NCBI GenBank assembly: GCA_003151625.1
Contig: PLYC01000021.1
Coordinates: forward strand, 182,930 to 245,662
Origin: Candidatus Doudnabacteria bacterium
GTDB taxonomy: Bacteria; Patescibacteriota; Doudnabacteria; UBA920
Direction of reading: 5' to 3'
DNA length: 62,733 nucleotides
The translations under genes were made by a program, and so were the position numbers. This document shows, piece by piece, positions 26,506-35,779 of this stretch; position 1 is the stretch's first letter; every line of letters starts with the position of its first letter. The notes under the pieces were generated by a model. That model did no database searches. It worked only from the letters and a program-made list of their open reading frames with translations, and was not told the DNA's origin.

Positions 26506-26651
26506 CTTTATCAGCCCTCCTTTGAACTGTTAAAGAACTTACTATTGTATAGTAATAATATTAATTTGTCAATAGTTATTTACTTTAATTTATCTAAATA
26601 CTCTTATATATAAAAGTAAAATTGACAATAAAATAATTTTGTGAATAAAAA

Positions 26652-26680
26652 TTGACACAAATTTAAATATAAGTTATACT
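26652..26680 (+). promoter_or_regulatory. Sigma70-type promoter of the TrmB regulator
   Basis: TTGACA-17 nt-TATACT. Confidence 0.65.
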
Positions 26681-26706
26681 GAATTTAGCACAATTAACTT
26701 GACTTT

Positions 26707-27483
26707 ATGGTCCAACAAAATTTTGAATTTCAAAAGGCGCTCTTATCGTTAAATTTTACGGAAAAGGAAGCCAATGTATATTTGGCATTGCTGGAGCTAG
26801 GCCAGGGAACAGTATCCAAAATTGCCCTAAAGGCCGGAATTAATAGGACATATGGCTACAATATTTTATCGATATTGGCCAACAAAGGTTTGGTTAATGT
26901 CTCTGGCAAGGAGCCAAAACAGGAATATGCAGCGGAATCCCCGGACAAAATTCGGGATTTATTAAAAGCGGAGATTGCCAGGAATGAGGGATTTTTAAAA
27001 CAGGCCAATGGGGTAATTCCACTGTTAAAATCCATCCACAGCATTCGCGGCCGGCCGCAGGTACGTTTTTATGAAGGCAAAGAAGGCATCCAGCAGGTTT
27101 ATGAAGAAACTTTGACTTCTCACGAAACCATTTTGGCTTTTGCCAGCGTGGAAGACGTGCACCAAACCTTGCCTGATTATTTTCCGGATTATTATTTTCG
27201 CAGAGCCGGCAAAGGCATACCTATTAAGGCGATTTTTCCCGATTCTCCCGAGGCTGAAGATTTAGTAAAATTCAATAATATCCAAAAGAGAGAGACGGCA
27301 TTGGTTCCTCCGGGAGAATATTCATTCTCACCGGAGATTAATATTTACGACAACAAAGTTATGATTGCCTCCTGGAGGGAAAAGCTGGGCATAGTTATAG
27401 AAAGTGGGGAGATTGCGGATGCCATGAAGAAAATTTTTAAGTTGGCTTGGGCTGAGGCAAAGCGTTTGGAAAAACAAAGTTAG
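26707..27483 (+). CDS. TrmB-family HTH transcriptional regulator
   Basis: FTEKEANVYLALLELG.GTVS.IA..AGINRT..Y; PQVRFYEGKEG; PEINIYDNKVMI. Confidence 0.82.
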   Translation: MVQQNFEFQKALLSLNFTEKEANVYLALLELGQGTVSKIALKAGINRTYGYNILSILANKGLVNVSGKEPKQEYAAESPDKIRDLLKAEIARNEGFLKQANGVIPLLKSIHSIRGRPQVRFYEGKEGIQQVYEETLTSHETILAFASVEDVHQTLPDYFPDYYFRRAGKGIPIKAIFPDSPEAEDLVKFNNIQKRETALVPPGEYSFSPEINIYDNKVMIASWREKLGIVIESGEIADAMKKIFKLAWAEAKRLEKQS

Positions 27484-27521
27484 GCAATAAAAAAAGCCTT
27501 CGATAAATCGAAAGCTTTTTT

Positions 27522-27595
27522 TGGTCGGGATGCTGGGAATCGAACCCAGTCTCCACGCACCCGAAGCGTGTGTACTACCGGTATACTACATCCCG
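27522..27595 (-). tRNA. tRNA-Pro(CGG)
   Basis: CGGGATG acceptor, anticodon arm CACGC-TTCGGGT-GCGTG, CCA. Confidence 0.93.
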
Positions 27596-27683
27596 ATAAA
27601 AACCGATTTTAAAAAGATTGGCGCGGGTAAATCCCATATATTATATACTGTTAAATTGGTTTGAGCAATGCTATTATATACTT

Positions 27684-28442
27684 ATGGTTAAGCAGGTTGT
27701 GGTAAATAATTTATTAGTATCATATAGCGAACAAACAGGGGGCGGCGAACAGTCCCTGTTGTTTTTGCATGGGTGGAGGAGTAATAAGGAGGTGTGGGCC
27801 AATATCATTCAGAAATTAGGAAATTTGGAAATTGGGAAATTGGCTATTGATTTGCCGGGGTTTGGGCAATCGCAAATTCCGCCTGAACCGATGACAGTGG
27901 GGGATTATGCAAATATTGTGGCGGAGTTTATTAAAAAATTGGAATTAAAGAATGTTATTATAGTGGGGCATTCGTTTGGCGGCAGGGTGGGGATTAAATT
28001 GTCATCGGTACATCCGGAATTAATCAGCAAACTAGTTTTAGTGGATAGCGCCGGGTTCCCGATGCCGGCCGGTAAAAAGAGTTTAATGAAAGCTGGAGCT
28101 AAAATAGCCAAGCCATTTTTTAAACCGCAATTTATGCGCGGCCTGCGGAAAAAAATTTACAAACAAATTGGCGCGGAAGACTACTTGGCCACGCCAGAAT
28201 TACAAAAGACATTTGTTAACGTTACCAGCGAAGATTTGTCGGAAGATATGAAAAAAATCCAGGCGCCGACCCTCATCGTAAACGGCGAAAATGATAAAGT
28301 TACGCCTGTGGAATACGGCGAGCTGATGAAATTCCTGATCCCAAACTCTCAGTACAAAACCATAACCGGCGCCGGTCATTTTAGTTTTTTGGATAAACCG
28401 GAGGAGTTTGCGGAAGCGTTAAAAAAATTTATTGAAGTGTAG
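27684..28442 (+). CDS. Alpha/beta-fold hydrolase
   Basis: FLHGW, DLPGFGQS, GHSFGG nucleophile elbow, GEND, GAGHF. Confidence 0.9.
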   Translation: MVKQVVVNNLLVSYSEQTGGGEQSLLFLHGWRSNKEVWANIIQKLGNLEIGKLAIDLPGFGQSQIPPEPMTVGDYANIVAEFIKKLELKNVIIVGHSFGGRVGIKLSSVHPELISKLVLVDSAGFPMPAGKKSLMKAGAKIAKPFFKPQFMRGLRKKIYKQIGAEDYLATPELQKTFVNVTSEDLSEDMKKIQAPTLIVNGENDKVTPVEYGELMKFLIPNSQYKTITGAGHFSFLDKPEEFAEALKKFIEV

Positions 28443-28490
28443 TTGCCCAATTCATTGGGCTTGAAGAGCCTGATAAATCAGGCAACTACA
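28438..28490. repeat. GTAG-type REP-like doublet (family C) supplying the TAG stop
   Basis: TGTAGTTGCCCAATTCATTGGGC...CCTGATAAATCAGGCAACTACA; sister at 32515-32568. Confidence 0.8.
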
Positions 28491-28505
28491 GAGCGGGTAA
28501 TATCT

Positions 28506-30038
28506 ATGGACATATTTGTTCCAAAATTTATTCAATATCAATTATATCTTCTCCAGCTGGAAAACTATGAGCTGCGGAGATATTGGAAACTTTTGTTTAA
28601 AAAAGGTTTTTGGCCAAAGAAAAAACAGCCTCAAAGGAAAGAGCTGGTTTGGACCGCAAAAGCCAAGGCAATTATGTTAATGGCTTGGGCTTTGCACGGT
28701 CTTGTTATTGTCTTGGCCGGATTAATAACACTTACCGTAATGCCCGGAATAGACAATTTTTTTACCACTGTAATTTTTGCTGTATTAATTTTGTTGCCGT
28801 TTTATTTTATTCTGTTCAGTTTGGTATTAATTGTCTTAAAACCCCTCGATGCCTTGGCAAAAAAGAACCTCGTTTCCCGGGCAAAATTTAAAATCTTAAA
28901 TCTTCAATCTGAAATCACAATTATTGGAGTGGCTGGCAGTTACGGGAAGACGACAATGAAGGAAGTGCTGTCAGAGGTGCTAGGTTCAAGGTTTAAGGTT
29001 CAAGCAACTCCGGAGAGCGTAAATACGCCGGTGGGGATTGCCAGGTGGGTGTTAAATAAAGTGACTGATGACACCCGGATTATCATCGTGGAAATGGGGG
29101 AGCATTACCAAAATGATATTAAGGATATTTGTGATATTGCTTCGCCAGATATTGCCGTAGTCACCGGTATTAACGAATCCCATTTGGAGCGGATGAAAAA
29201 TATGGAAACTGTGGTCGCTACGGTTTTTGAAATTGTGGGCGGTTCCAAACAAGGCGCGACTGTGGTACTTAACTCTGAAGACCGAAATGTTATGCAAAAT
29301 TATCAAAAGTTTGTTTGGCCGGACCATAAAATAGAAAGATATGAGATTTCAGATTTAAGATTAAGGAATTTTAATTCTGAAAAATTATGCTGGGATGCGG
29401 AGATTGACGGCATTGGAAAAATTGAAATTAATTTGTTGGGCGAATATGCGCTGGCGGACGTATCGGCCACGGTAAAAATCGCAAAAAGTTTGGGGATGAG
29501 CTACGGGGAAATTAAGAATGGGATTGCAAATATTAAGCCGGTGGAGCACCGCTTACAGCCTATGCCGTCGCCTGGGAATGTCTTGGTAATAGACGACAGT
29601 TACAATGGCAATCCTGACGGCGTTAGGGAAGCCATAAAAGTTTTATCCCGATTCACTAATCGCCGAAAATTGGTAATTACGCCGGGCTTGGTGGAAATGG
29701 GAAAATCGTCCCAGGAAGTCCATCGTGAAATTGGACGGGAGCTGGCAAGCACGGTAGACGTTGTAATTTTGGTTAAGAATAGTGTAACGGGGTTTATAGA
29801 AGAAGGCCTTCTTTCTCGGCGTCATTCTGAGGGAGTGCAGCCGACCGAAGAATCTCAAACAAAGGTTAAAGAGATCCTTCACCCCTCAGAGGCATTCGGG
29901 GTTCAGGATGACGCCGCTAAAAAACCCCAAATTATTTGGTTTGATTCCGCTTTGGAGGCTCACGCGGCGTTGAAAAATATTTTAAAACCAGGGGACGTCA
30001 TTTTATTCCAGAATGATTGGGGAGACCAGTATATTTAG
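28506..30038 (+). CDS. murF: UDP-N-acetylmuramoyl-tripeptide--D-alanyl-D-alanine ligase with an in-frame insertion
   Basis: GVAGSYGKTTMKE, SVNTPVG, VEMG, IDDSYNGNP; lies next to alr and ddl. Confidence 0.85.
   Translation: MDIFVPKFIQYQLYLLQLENYELRRYWKLLFKKGFWPKKKQPQRKELVWTAKAKAIMLMAWALHGLVIVLAGLITLTVMPGIDNFFTTVIFAVLILLPFYFILFSLVLIVLKPLDALAKKNLVSRAKFKILNLQSEITIIGVAGSYGKTTMKEVLSEVLGSRFKVQATPESVNTPVGIARWVLNKVTDDTRIIIVEMGEHYQNDIKDICDIASPDIAVVTGINESHLERMKNMETVVATVFEIVGGSKQGATVVLNSEDRNVMQNYQKFVWPDHKIERYEISDLRLRNFNSEKLCWDAEIDGIGKIEINLLGEYALADVSATVKIAKSLGMSYGEIKNGIANIKPVEHRLQPMPSPGNVLVIDDSYNGNPDGVREAIKVLSRFTNRRKLVITPGLVEMGKSSQEVHREIGRELASTVDVVILVKNSVTGFIEEGLLSRRHSEGVQPTEESQTKVKEILHPSEAFGVQDDAAKKPQIIWFDSALEAHAALKNILKPGDVILFQNDWGDQYI
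29820..29913. repeat. Family B composite palindrome, in frame in murF
   Basis: CGTCATTCTGAGGGAGTGCAGCCGACCGAAGAATCT...GAGATCCTTC...GCATTCGGGGTTCAGGATGACG. Confidence 0.8.
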
Positions 30039-30070
30039 AATTGACCAAAATTAAATAAAATTAAGTAAAA

Positions 30071-31225
30071 TTGACAAAATTGGGGAACATCAGAAAAGTT
30101 TTAAATAAGGTATTAAGACCTAATGTAGATTACCAGCCGCTGATTGAGGTTAGGGTTTTTAAGGACGCACTGCTGCATAACTTAAACGAGTATCGGGATA
30201 AGTATCCAAAGTTACAATTCGCGCCGGTGGTAAAGAGCAATGCTTACGGACACGGCATGGTGGAGGTGGCGAAGCTTTTGGACGGACAGCAGGTACCGTT
30301 TTTTATGGTGGACTCATTTTATGAAGCGCTGGTCTTGCGCAGGGCGGCTATTAAGACCAAAATTTTGGTTTTGGGGTATTGCAGGCAGGAACAATTATTA
30401 TCAGCCAAACTTAAAGATGTTAGTTTTGGCATTATAGATTTGCAGATATTAAAAAATTTATCAGCTAAGCTTAACAGGCCGCTAAATATTCATTTAAAAA
30501 TCGATACCGGAATGCACAGGCAGGGGATTATGATATCGGAAATTCCCGATGCCATTGCCGCGATTAAAAGCAATAAGAATATTATTATAGAGGGAGTATG
30601 CAGTCATTTTGCCGATGCCGACAGCAGCCAAAAAGATTTTACCAATAAGCAAATTGAGGCCTGGAATAATGTTGCCAAAACTTTTCGCGCCGCCTTTCCG
30701 GAAATTAAATATTTTCACACGTCCGCCACTGCCGGAATGTATTTTGCGGGCGAGATTGATGTTAATGTCGGCAGACTGGGCATTGGGCTTTATGGAATTA
30801 ACCAATCCCCCCACAAGCCTTTAAATTTAAAACCCGCGATGGAAATGGTTTCTTTGGTAAGTTCTATTCGCAATATTTCTGCCGGGGAGAAGGTTGGATA
30901 TGGTATTAGCTTTGAATCGCCACAGCCGATGAAAATTGCAACGGTGCCCGTGGGCTACAACGAAGGCGTGGACCGGCGGCTTTCCAATAAAGGCTCCTAC
31001 AAAATTGGCAACACATTCTGCCCGCTTGTTGGCCGGGTGAGTATGAATATTAGTAGTGTCGATGTTAGTGCCATAAAAGATGTAAACTTAGAACAGGAAG
31101 TAATTGTCATCAGCACAAACAAAACTGATAAAAATTCCGTGGAAAATATGGCAAAGATTTGCGAGTGCATACCATATGAAATTTTAGTGCATATACCGCA
31201 ACATTTAAGAAGAATATTAATCTGA
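30071..31225 (+). CDS. alr: Alanine racemase
   Basis: VVKSNAYGHG PLP-lysine motif, HLKIDTGMHRQG, SHFADAD, VGYG, VGRVSMN, YE.L. Confidence 0.95.
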   Translation: MTKLGNIRKVLNKVLRPNVDYQPLIEVRVFKDALLHNLNEYRDKYPKLQFAPVVKSNAYGHGMVEVAKLLDGQQVPFFMVDSFYEALVLRRAAIKTKILVLGYCRQEQLLSAKLKDVSFGIIDLQILKNLSAKLNRPLNIHLKIDTGMHRQGIMISEIPDAIAAIKSNKNIIIEGVCSHFADADSSQKDFTNKQIEAWNNVAKTFRAAFPEIKYFHTSATAGMYFAGEIDVNVGRLGIGLYGINQSPHKPLNLKPAMEMVSLVSSIRNISAGEKVGYGISFESPQPMKIATVPVGYNEGVDRRLSNKGSYKIGNTFCPLVGRVSMNISSVDVSAIKDVNLEQEVIVISTNKTDKNSVENMAKICECIPYEILVHIPQHLRRILI

Positions 31226-31313
31226 TTTTACGAAGTACGAACAAGCACGAACTTACGAAAGAAAGTTTGTGCAAGATTCGTAAGTTCGTAAAGTTTCGTA
31301 CTTCGTAAACTAT

Positions 31314-32519
31314 ATGAAAAACATCGGCGTATTTTTTGGCAGCGGGTCAACAGAGCATGACATTTCCATAATTACCGCCCAACTTATCATCGCGGGGTTA
31401 AAAGGCTTGGACTACCAAGTCACACCGGTTTATATTACCAAGGCGGGGAAGTGGATGCCGGGGGAGGAGTTGGGGAATTTAAAAATGTTTACCGATGAAA
31501 CCCTCACCCCGTCCCTCTCCCAGAGGGAGAGGGGGCGCTGGTATTTGGATATGGAAGAATCGGACGGTAAAATGGTCTTTAAGAAAAAGGGTTTTAGGGG
31601 TGAAGTTGTTACAATCGACTTGGCTTTCCCGGCTCTTCACGGAACCTTTGGGGAAGACGGAACCATTCAGGGGATGTTTGAGATGCTCGGCGTGCCTTAT
31701 ATAGGCTGCGATGTGCCGGCTTCGGCAGTGGCGATGGACAAAGCGCTGACTAAGATTGTGATGAAAGACGCGGAAATTCCAACTACCAAATTTATTTATT
31801 TTTATAAAACTGATTGGCAGAGTGGCAAATCGGGAATAATCGAAAAAGTTAAAGGAATGAGCTGGCCGGTGTTTGTGAAGCCGGTTCATTTGGGATCTTC
31901 CATTGGAATTGGAAAGGTTTCCGCCGAAGGCGGATCCGCCTCTGGCGGAAAAGACTTAAAGGATTTGGAAAATAAGATAGAGGTAGCCCTGCATTATGAC
32001 GACAAAGTTTTGGTGGAAGAGGGCGTGGAAAATTTAATGGATGTGACTTGCTGTATAATCGGCAACAACGAGCTTCGGGCTTCGTTGCTCCAGGAGTCCG
32101 TGTTCAGCAGCGACCTGTTTAATTTTGAAGAGAAATACATTAGCGAGGGAGGAGCACAGACCGGCAAAGCGGCTAATAAACTGATTATTCCCGCGAGGCT
32201 GGACGAAGCCACAACATTGGCAATTCAAAATACAGCCAAACAAGTTTATCGATCGTTGGGCTGTAGCGGCATTGCGCGCGTGGATTTTTTGTACAACAAA
32301 CAAACAAAGGAATTTTTTGCCAACGAAGTTAACCCTCTTCCCGGTACTTTGTATCACCATTTATGGAAAGCTTCGGGTTTGGAACTGGATGAGTTGTTAA
32401 AAGAGTTGATAAGGTTAGCCGAAGATAAGTTTGAGCAAAAACAACAAATTAATTTTACTTTTGAAAGCAGTGTGTTAACCAACTTGGGTAAGGGGAAATT
32501 GGCGGGTAATAAGTTGTAG
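31314..32519 (+). CDS. ddl: D-alanine--D-alanine ligase with two repeat-derived insertions
   Basis: S.EHDIS, LHGTFGEDGTIQG, MDK..TK, VKP..LGSSIGI, KY omega loop, ARVDF, NEVNPLPG. Confidence 0.93.
   Translation: MKNIGVFFGSGSTEHDISIITAQLIIAGLKGLDYQVTPVYITKAGKWMPGEELGNLKMFTDETLTPSLSQRERGRWYLDMEESDGKMVFKKKGFRGEVVTIDLAFPALHGTFGEDGTIQGMFEMLGVPYIGCDVPASAVAMDKALTKIVMKDAEIPTTKFIYFYKTDWQSGKSGIIEKVKGMSWPVFVKPVHLGSSIGIGKVSAEGGSASGGKDLKDLENKIEVALHYDDKVLVEEGVENLMDVTCCIIGNNELRASLLQESVFSSDLFNFEEKYISEGGAQTGKAANKLIIPARLDEATTLAIQNTAKQVYRSLGCSGIARVDFLYNKQTKEFFANEVNPLPGTLYHHLWKASGLELDELLKELIRLAEDKFEQKQQINFTFESSVLTNLGKGKLAGNKL
31501..31533. repeat. CCCTCACCCC...GGGAGAGGG palindromic element in frame in ddl (TLTPSLSQRERG)
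   Basis: CCCTCACCCCGTCCCTCTCCCAGAGGGAGAGGG. Confidence 0.7.
31920..31949. repeat. 30-nt double palindrome in frame in ddl (SAEGGSASGG)
   Basis: TCCGCCGAAGGCGGATCCGCCTCTGGCGGA. Confidence 0.85.
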
Positions 32520-32568
32520 TTGCTCGATTTATCGAGCTCGTTGAGGCCTGATAAATCAGGCAACTACA
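32515..32568. repeat. GTAG-type REP-like doublet (family C) supplying the ddl TAG stop
   Basis: TGTAGTTGCTCGATTTATCGAGC...CCTGATAAATCAGGCAACTACA. Confidence 0.8.
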
Positions 32569-32674
32569 AACTAAAAAATTGTGTTTCATTAACAGCTCTC
32601 ACATAGTTAAGCCACAAGGTGGTGGAACTACTTTTGCCAGAAGTGTGTTTGATGTAGAACTTATTTTGAACCAT

Positions 32675-32768
32675 TGTCATTGCGAGGGAGTGCATCCGAC
32701 CGAAGCAATCTTTTTTCATGAAAAGATTGCTTCGTCGTCCCACCTAGGCGGGACTCCTCGCAATGACA
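32675..32768. repeat. Family B composite palindrome, intergenic copy
   Basis: TGTCATTGCGAGGGAGTGCATCCGACCGAAGCAATCT...AGATTGCTTCG...CTCGCAATGACA. Confidence 0.8.
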
Positions 32769-32775
32769 TGCAATT

Positions 32776-33426
32776 ATGAATCTAAAATACGAAAACCAAA
32801 AACGCAAACAAGGCTACACTCATGTCATTGGCTGTGATGAAGTCGGTCGCGGATGTCTAGCCGGTCCGGTTGTTGCCGGAGCGGTTATGTTCCCCGTGCA
32901 ATTTCTAAATCGTAAATCTTTAATCTCTAATCTTAAATCCGTAAAGGACAGTAAACTCCTAACTGCCGACAAGCGCGAAAAATTATCAAAAGTAATTAAA
33001 CAAAACGCCCTATGGAGCATTGGAGTTGTTTCGCAAGAGGTTATTGATGAAATAAATATCCATAATGCCACATTGCTGGCAATGAAAAAAGCCGTGGAAA
33101 AGATGTGTAGTGCTAATTCGCACGAATTAGCCCATGATGGGAATTTTTTTGTAACGGTAGACGGCAAGTTCGTTATTCCGGGCTTGAAGATGGAACAGGA
33201 GGCCGTGGTAGGAGGTGACAATAAAATCCTTTCCATAGCCGCGGCATCCATAATCGCCAAAGTTTACCGAGACGAACTTATGATAAAACTACACAAGCAA
33301 TACCCAATCTACAACTTTGCCCAGCATAAAGGCTATGGCACGCTGCTTCATCGAACAATGATCCTGCAAAATGGTCTATCGCCAATACACCGGAAAAGTT
33401 TTTGCAAAAATTTAACCTCAATTTAA
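32776..33426 (+). CDS. rnhB: Ribonuclease HII
   Basis: GCDEVGRGCLAGPVVA, DSKLL, VDG, GD....SIAAASIIAKV.RD, HKGYGT..H. Confidence 0.95.
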   Translation: MNLKYENQKRKQGYTHVIGCDEVGRGCLAGPVVAGAVMFPVQFLNRKSLISNLKSVKDSKLLTADKREKLSKVIKQNALWSIGVVSQEVIDEINIHNATLLAMKKAVEKMCSANSHELAHDGNFFVTVDGKFVIPGLKMEQEAVVGGDNKILSIAAASIIAKVYRDELMIKLHKQYPIYNFAQHKGYGTLLHRTMILQNGLSPIHRKSFCKNLTSI

Positions 33427-33458
33427 CAATGGGCACCATTGTCAACGGTGCCCATTGT
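33426..33458. repeat. Palindromic element family A, short-loop copy
   Basis: ACAATGGGCACCATTG-T-CAACGGTGCCCATTGT at the rnhB stop. Confidence 0.8.
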
Positions 33459-33558
33459 AGAAGTCCAGGCCGCTAACAAACAGCGGTTTTTGTTTAACCC
33501 AGAAGGGAAGTCTTGCAGAGCCGTTGATGTATTACTTATCGTGTGGTAGAATTTAATC

Positions 33559-34563
33559 ATGAGGGTTAAACTAAAAAAGAATGAATTAGACGAATTATTT
33601 GAAGCGGTAGCCAAACAAAAAATAAGGTGGCCGGATTTAGCGTTGGCATTAAAAATTTCAGAAAGAAATTTAAGAGACTGGCGGCGAGGAAAAGTTTCTA
33701 TGCCTCAAACGGCCTATTTAAAGTGTCTAACAATTGCAAAATTTAAAACAAACAATTTTAAACCGGTAGTATTAAAAGAGTATTGGCACATTAAAGAAGC
33801 TGCTAAAAAAGGCGGTCTTGCGCGTTTAAAATTATATGGGAATTTGGGAACTGCGGAAGGACGAAGGAGAGGGGGTTTAGCCTCGGTTAAAAGTAACTTT
33901 TTAAGAGGTACAAATTTTAAAAAGTTGCGGCCAATTGTTGAGCCGGCCATTTCTGAAGACCTGACGGAATTATTGGGGATTTTAATGGGTGATGGGCACT
34001 TATCCGATTATCAAATTAAGGTTACGACTAATTCCATAACCGACCGCCAGCATGCGCAGTTTGTTAAACAATTGTTTGTTAAACAATTTAATTTGCCAGT
34101 GGCTTTAAGTTTTAGAAAATATGAAAATGCCGTAAATGTGGTTGTGTCATCAAAAAATACGGTTAAATTTTTTTCTCGCGTTGGCATGCCCATCGGCCAT
34201 AAAATAAATAATAATATTTCCGTTCCTGCTTGGGTAATGACTAAGCCAGAGTACCAAAAAGCTTTTTTACGTGGCTTGTTCGACACTGACGGCTGTATTT
34301 ATTTGGACAAACACTTAATAAAAGGCAAATTATATAAACATATGGGTTGGACAATTACTAGTTATGCTGGTAAATTAATAGAAGGAATCATTAAAATTTT
34401 GCGGGATTTAGGCTTTAATCCAACCTATCGCGTGTCCCAGAGGTCTATTTATTTAAGAAGACAAAGTGAAATAAAGAAATATTTTACCGAAATCGGGACG
34501 CATAACAATAAACACCAAGAAAGATACAATAAATTTTGTGGAGAGGTACCGAAGTGGTCATAA
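33559..34563 (+). CDS. HTH plus double-motif LAGLIDADG endonuclease-like protein overlapping tRNA-Ser
   Basis: N-terminal HTH (LALALKISERNLRDWRRG), LTELLGILMGDGHL and FLRGLFDTDGCIY motifs. Confidence 0.8.
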   Translation: MRVKLKKNELDELFEAVAKQKIRWPDLALALKISERNLRDWRRGKVSMPQTAYLKCLTIAKFKTNNFKPVVLKEYWHIKEAAKKGGLARLKLYGNLGTAEGRRRGGLASVKSNFLRGTNFKKLRPIVEPAISEDLTELLGILMGDGHLSDYQIKVTTNSITDRQHAQFVKQLFVKQFNLPVALSFRKYENAVNVVVSSKNTVKFFSRVGMPIGHKINNNISVPAWVMTKPEYQKAFLRGLFDTDGCIYLDKHLIKGKLYKHMGWTITSYAGKLIEGIIKILRDLGFNPTYRVSQRSIYLRRQSEIKKYFTEIGTHNNKHQERYNKFCGEVPKWS

Positions 34564-34631
34564 CGGGACGGTCTCGAAAACCGTTAGCCCCTTACCGGGG
34601 CCCGAGGGTTCGAATCCCTCCCTCTCCGCCA
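34540..34631 (+). tRNA. tRNA-Ser(CGA)
   Basis: GGAGAGG acceptor, anticodon arm ACGGT-CTCGAAA-ACCGT, long variable arm, GCCA end. Confidence 0.93.
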
Positions 34632-34638
34632 AAAAAAT

Positions 34639-35256
34639 ATGTCAGAACGAATAATTCATCCACAGCCAGAAAAAGGGACAAAAGCAGAAGACTTTTTTGC
34701 TAATAGTATTGAAGTGGTGCTGGTATCTAAGGACGAGTTTTTGGAACGGGTTAAATTAAAATTTCTAAAACAAGACGACGCAGACATTCTACAAACTAAG
34801 GGTATTAATTTTGATCAGGACGGAAAGACTATTATTTTGTTGCGTACTGATATTTTTCCTGAACAGTATATGCCTTATTTAGAAACCCATGAAAAATGGG
34901 AGGCATATGTTGCTAGAAAGCCAGGATATAATTTGTTTAAAAAGTCTGCTGGTGATTATAAAAAGGACAAAAAAGCCGACTTTACAAAGGATGAAGATTT
35001 ACAAGATTTTTATCGGGATATCGGAATTTATAATTATGACTTTAGACACGAGTACGCTATTTATAAAGAATACCAGCAGGCTATGGTAGACGGAAAATTA
35101 GATGAATATCACGCTTGGATGATGAATTTGCGCACACAAGAAAAACTCGGAGCTAATAATGCAAATTTAGAACTTATAGAGAATGACACAAAAATCAGAG
35201 AATCCATTTATGGGAAGCTAAAACAAAACACTAAACACTCTTTTTTAAAAAAATAG
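34639..35256 (+). CDS. Hypothetical protein
   Basis: 205-aa ORF with host-like composition; no recognised motif. Confidence 0.65.
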   Translation: MSERIIHPQPEKGTKAEDFFANSIEVVLVSKDEFLERVKLKFLKQDDADILQTKGINFDQDGKTIILLRTDIFPEQYMPYLETHEKWEAYVARKPGYNLFKKSAGDYKKDKKADFTKDEDLQDFYRDIGIYNYDFRHEYAIYKEYQQAMVDGKLDEYHAWMMNLRTQEKLGANNANLELIENDTKIRESIYGKLKQNTKHSFLKK

Positions 35257-35283
35257 TTTGGGATTTATTTTTTAAAAATAACT

Positions 35284-35763
35284 ATGTATCCAACCTCCAG
35301 TGAAGGCCTAAATAAGGAAACGAGTGATGCGGTGTATTTTTTTACTCCGGCGTTTCATCCGTTTGACAGTTTCTCGGCTCATAGGGTAAAAATTTGGGAG
35401 TTAGAGTTCCCGACAGCAGAGCACGCGTTCCAGTGGAAAAAGTTTTCGGTAGTAAGACCGGACATTAGCGCTTTAATTTTAGAAGCGTCGAACCCGGAAG
35501 CGGCAAAGCAAATTTCTATCGATTACAAACAGGACATGCCCGAAGGCTGGCATAAGGAAAAAGTTGCGGTTATGGAAGAAATATTTACAGCTAAAGCCGA
35601 GCAGAATCTTGACGTACAGGAAGCGTTAAAAAGATCCGGCAACAGGCAAATTATAGAGAACTCCCCGGTAGACAGTTTCTGGGGAATTGGCCCAAACGGC
35701 GACGGGCAGAATATGGTGGGAAAACTTTGGATGAAAATCCGCGACAAATTATTCAACAATTAA
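35284..35763 (+). CDS. NADAR (YbiA-like) N-glycosidase
   Basis: FPTAEHAFQ..KF, W...KV.VM......K..Q...L..SG.R.IIENSP.D.FWG.G..G.GQN..GK..MKIR. Confidence 0.88.
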   Translation: MYPTSSEGLNKETSDAVYFFTPAFHPFDSFSAHRVKIWELEFPTAEHAFQWKKFSVVRPDISALILEASNPEAAKQISIDYKQDMPEGWHKEKVAVMEEIFTAKAEQNLDVQEALKRSGNRQIIENSPVDSFWGIGPNGDGQNMVGKLWMKIRDKLFNN

Positions 35764-35779
35764 AAATTATTAATTTTAT

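Noticed and set aside
4269-33458. Family A palindromes as a dispersed CRISPR array
   Set aside because: The copies are kilobases apart, with no regular spacers and no cas genes.
33559-34563. LAGLIDADG gene as part of an intein, group I intron or tRNA intron
   Set aside because: There are no intein splice motifs or interrupted host gene, and tRNA-Ser is contiguous and complete.
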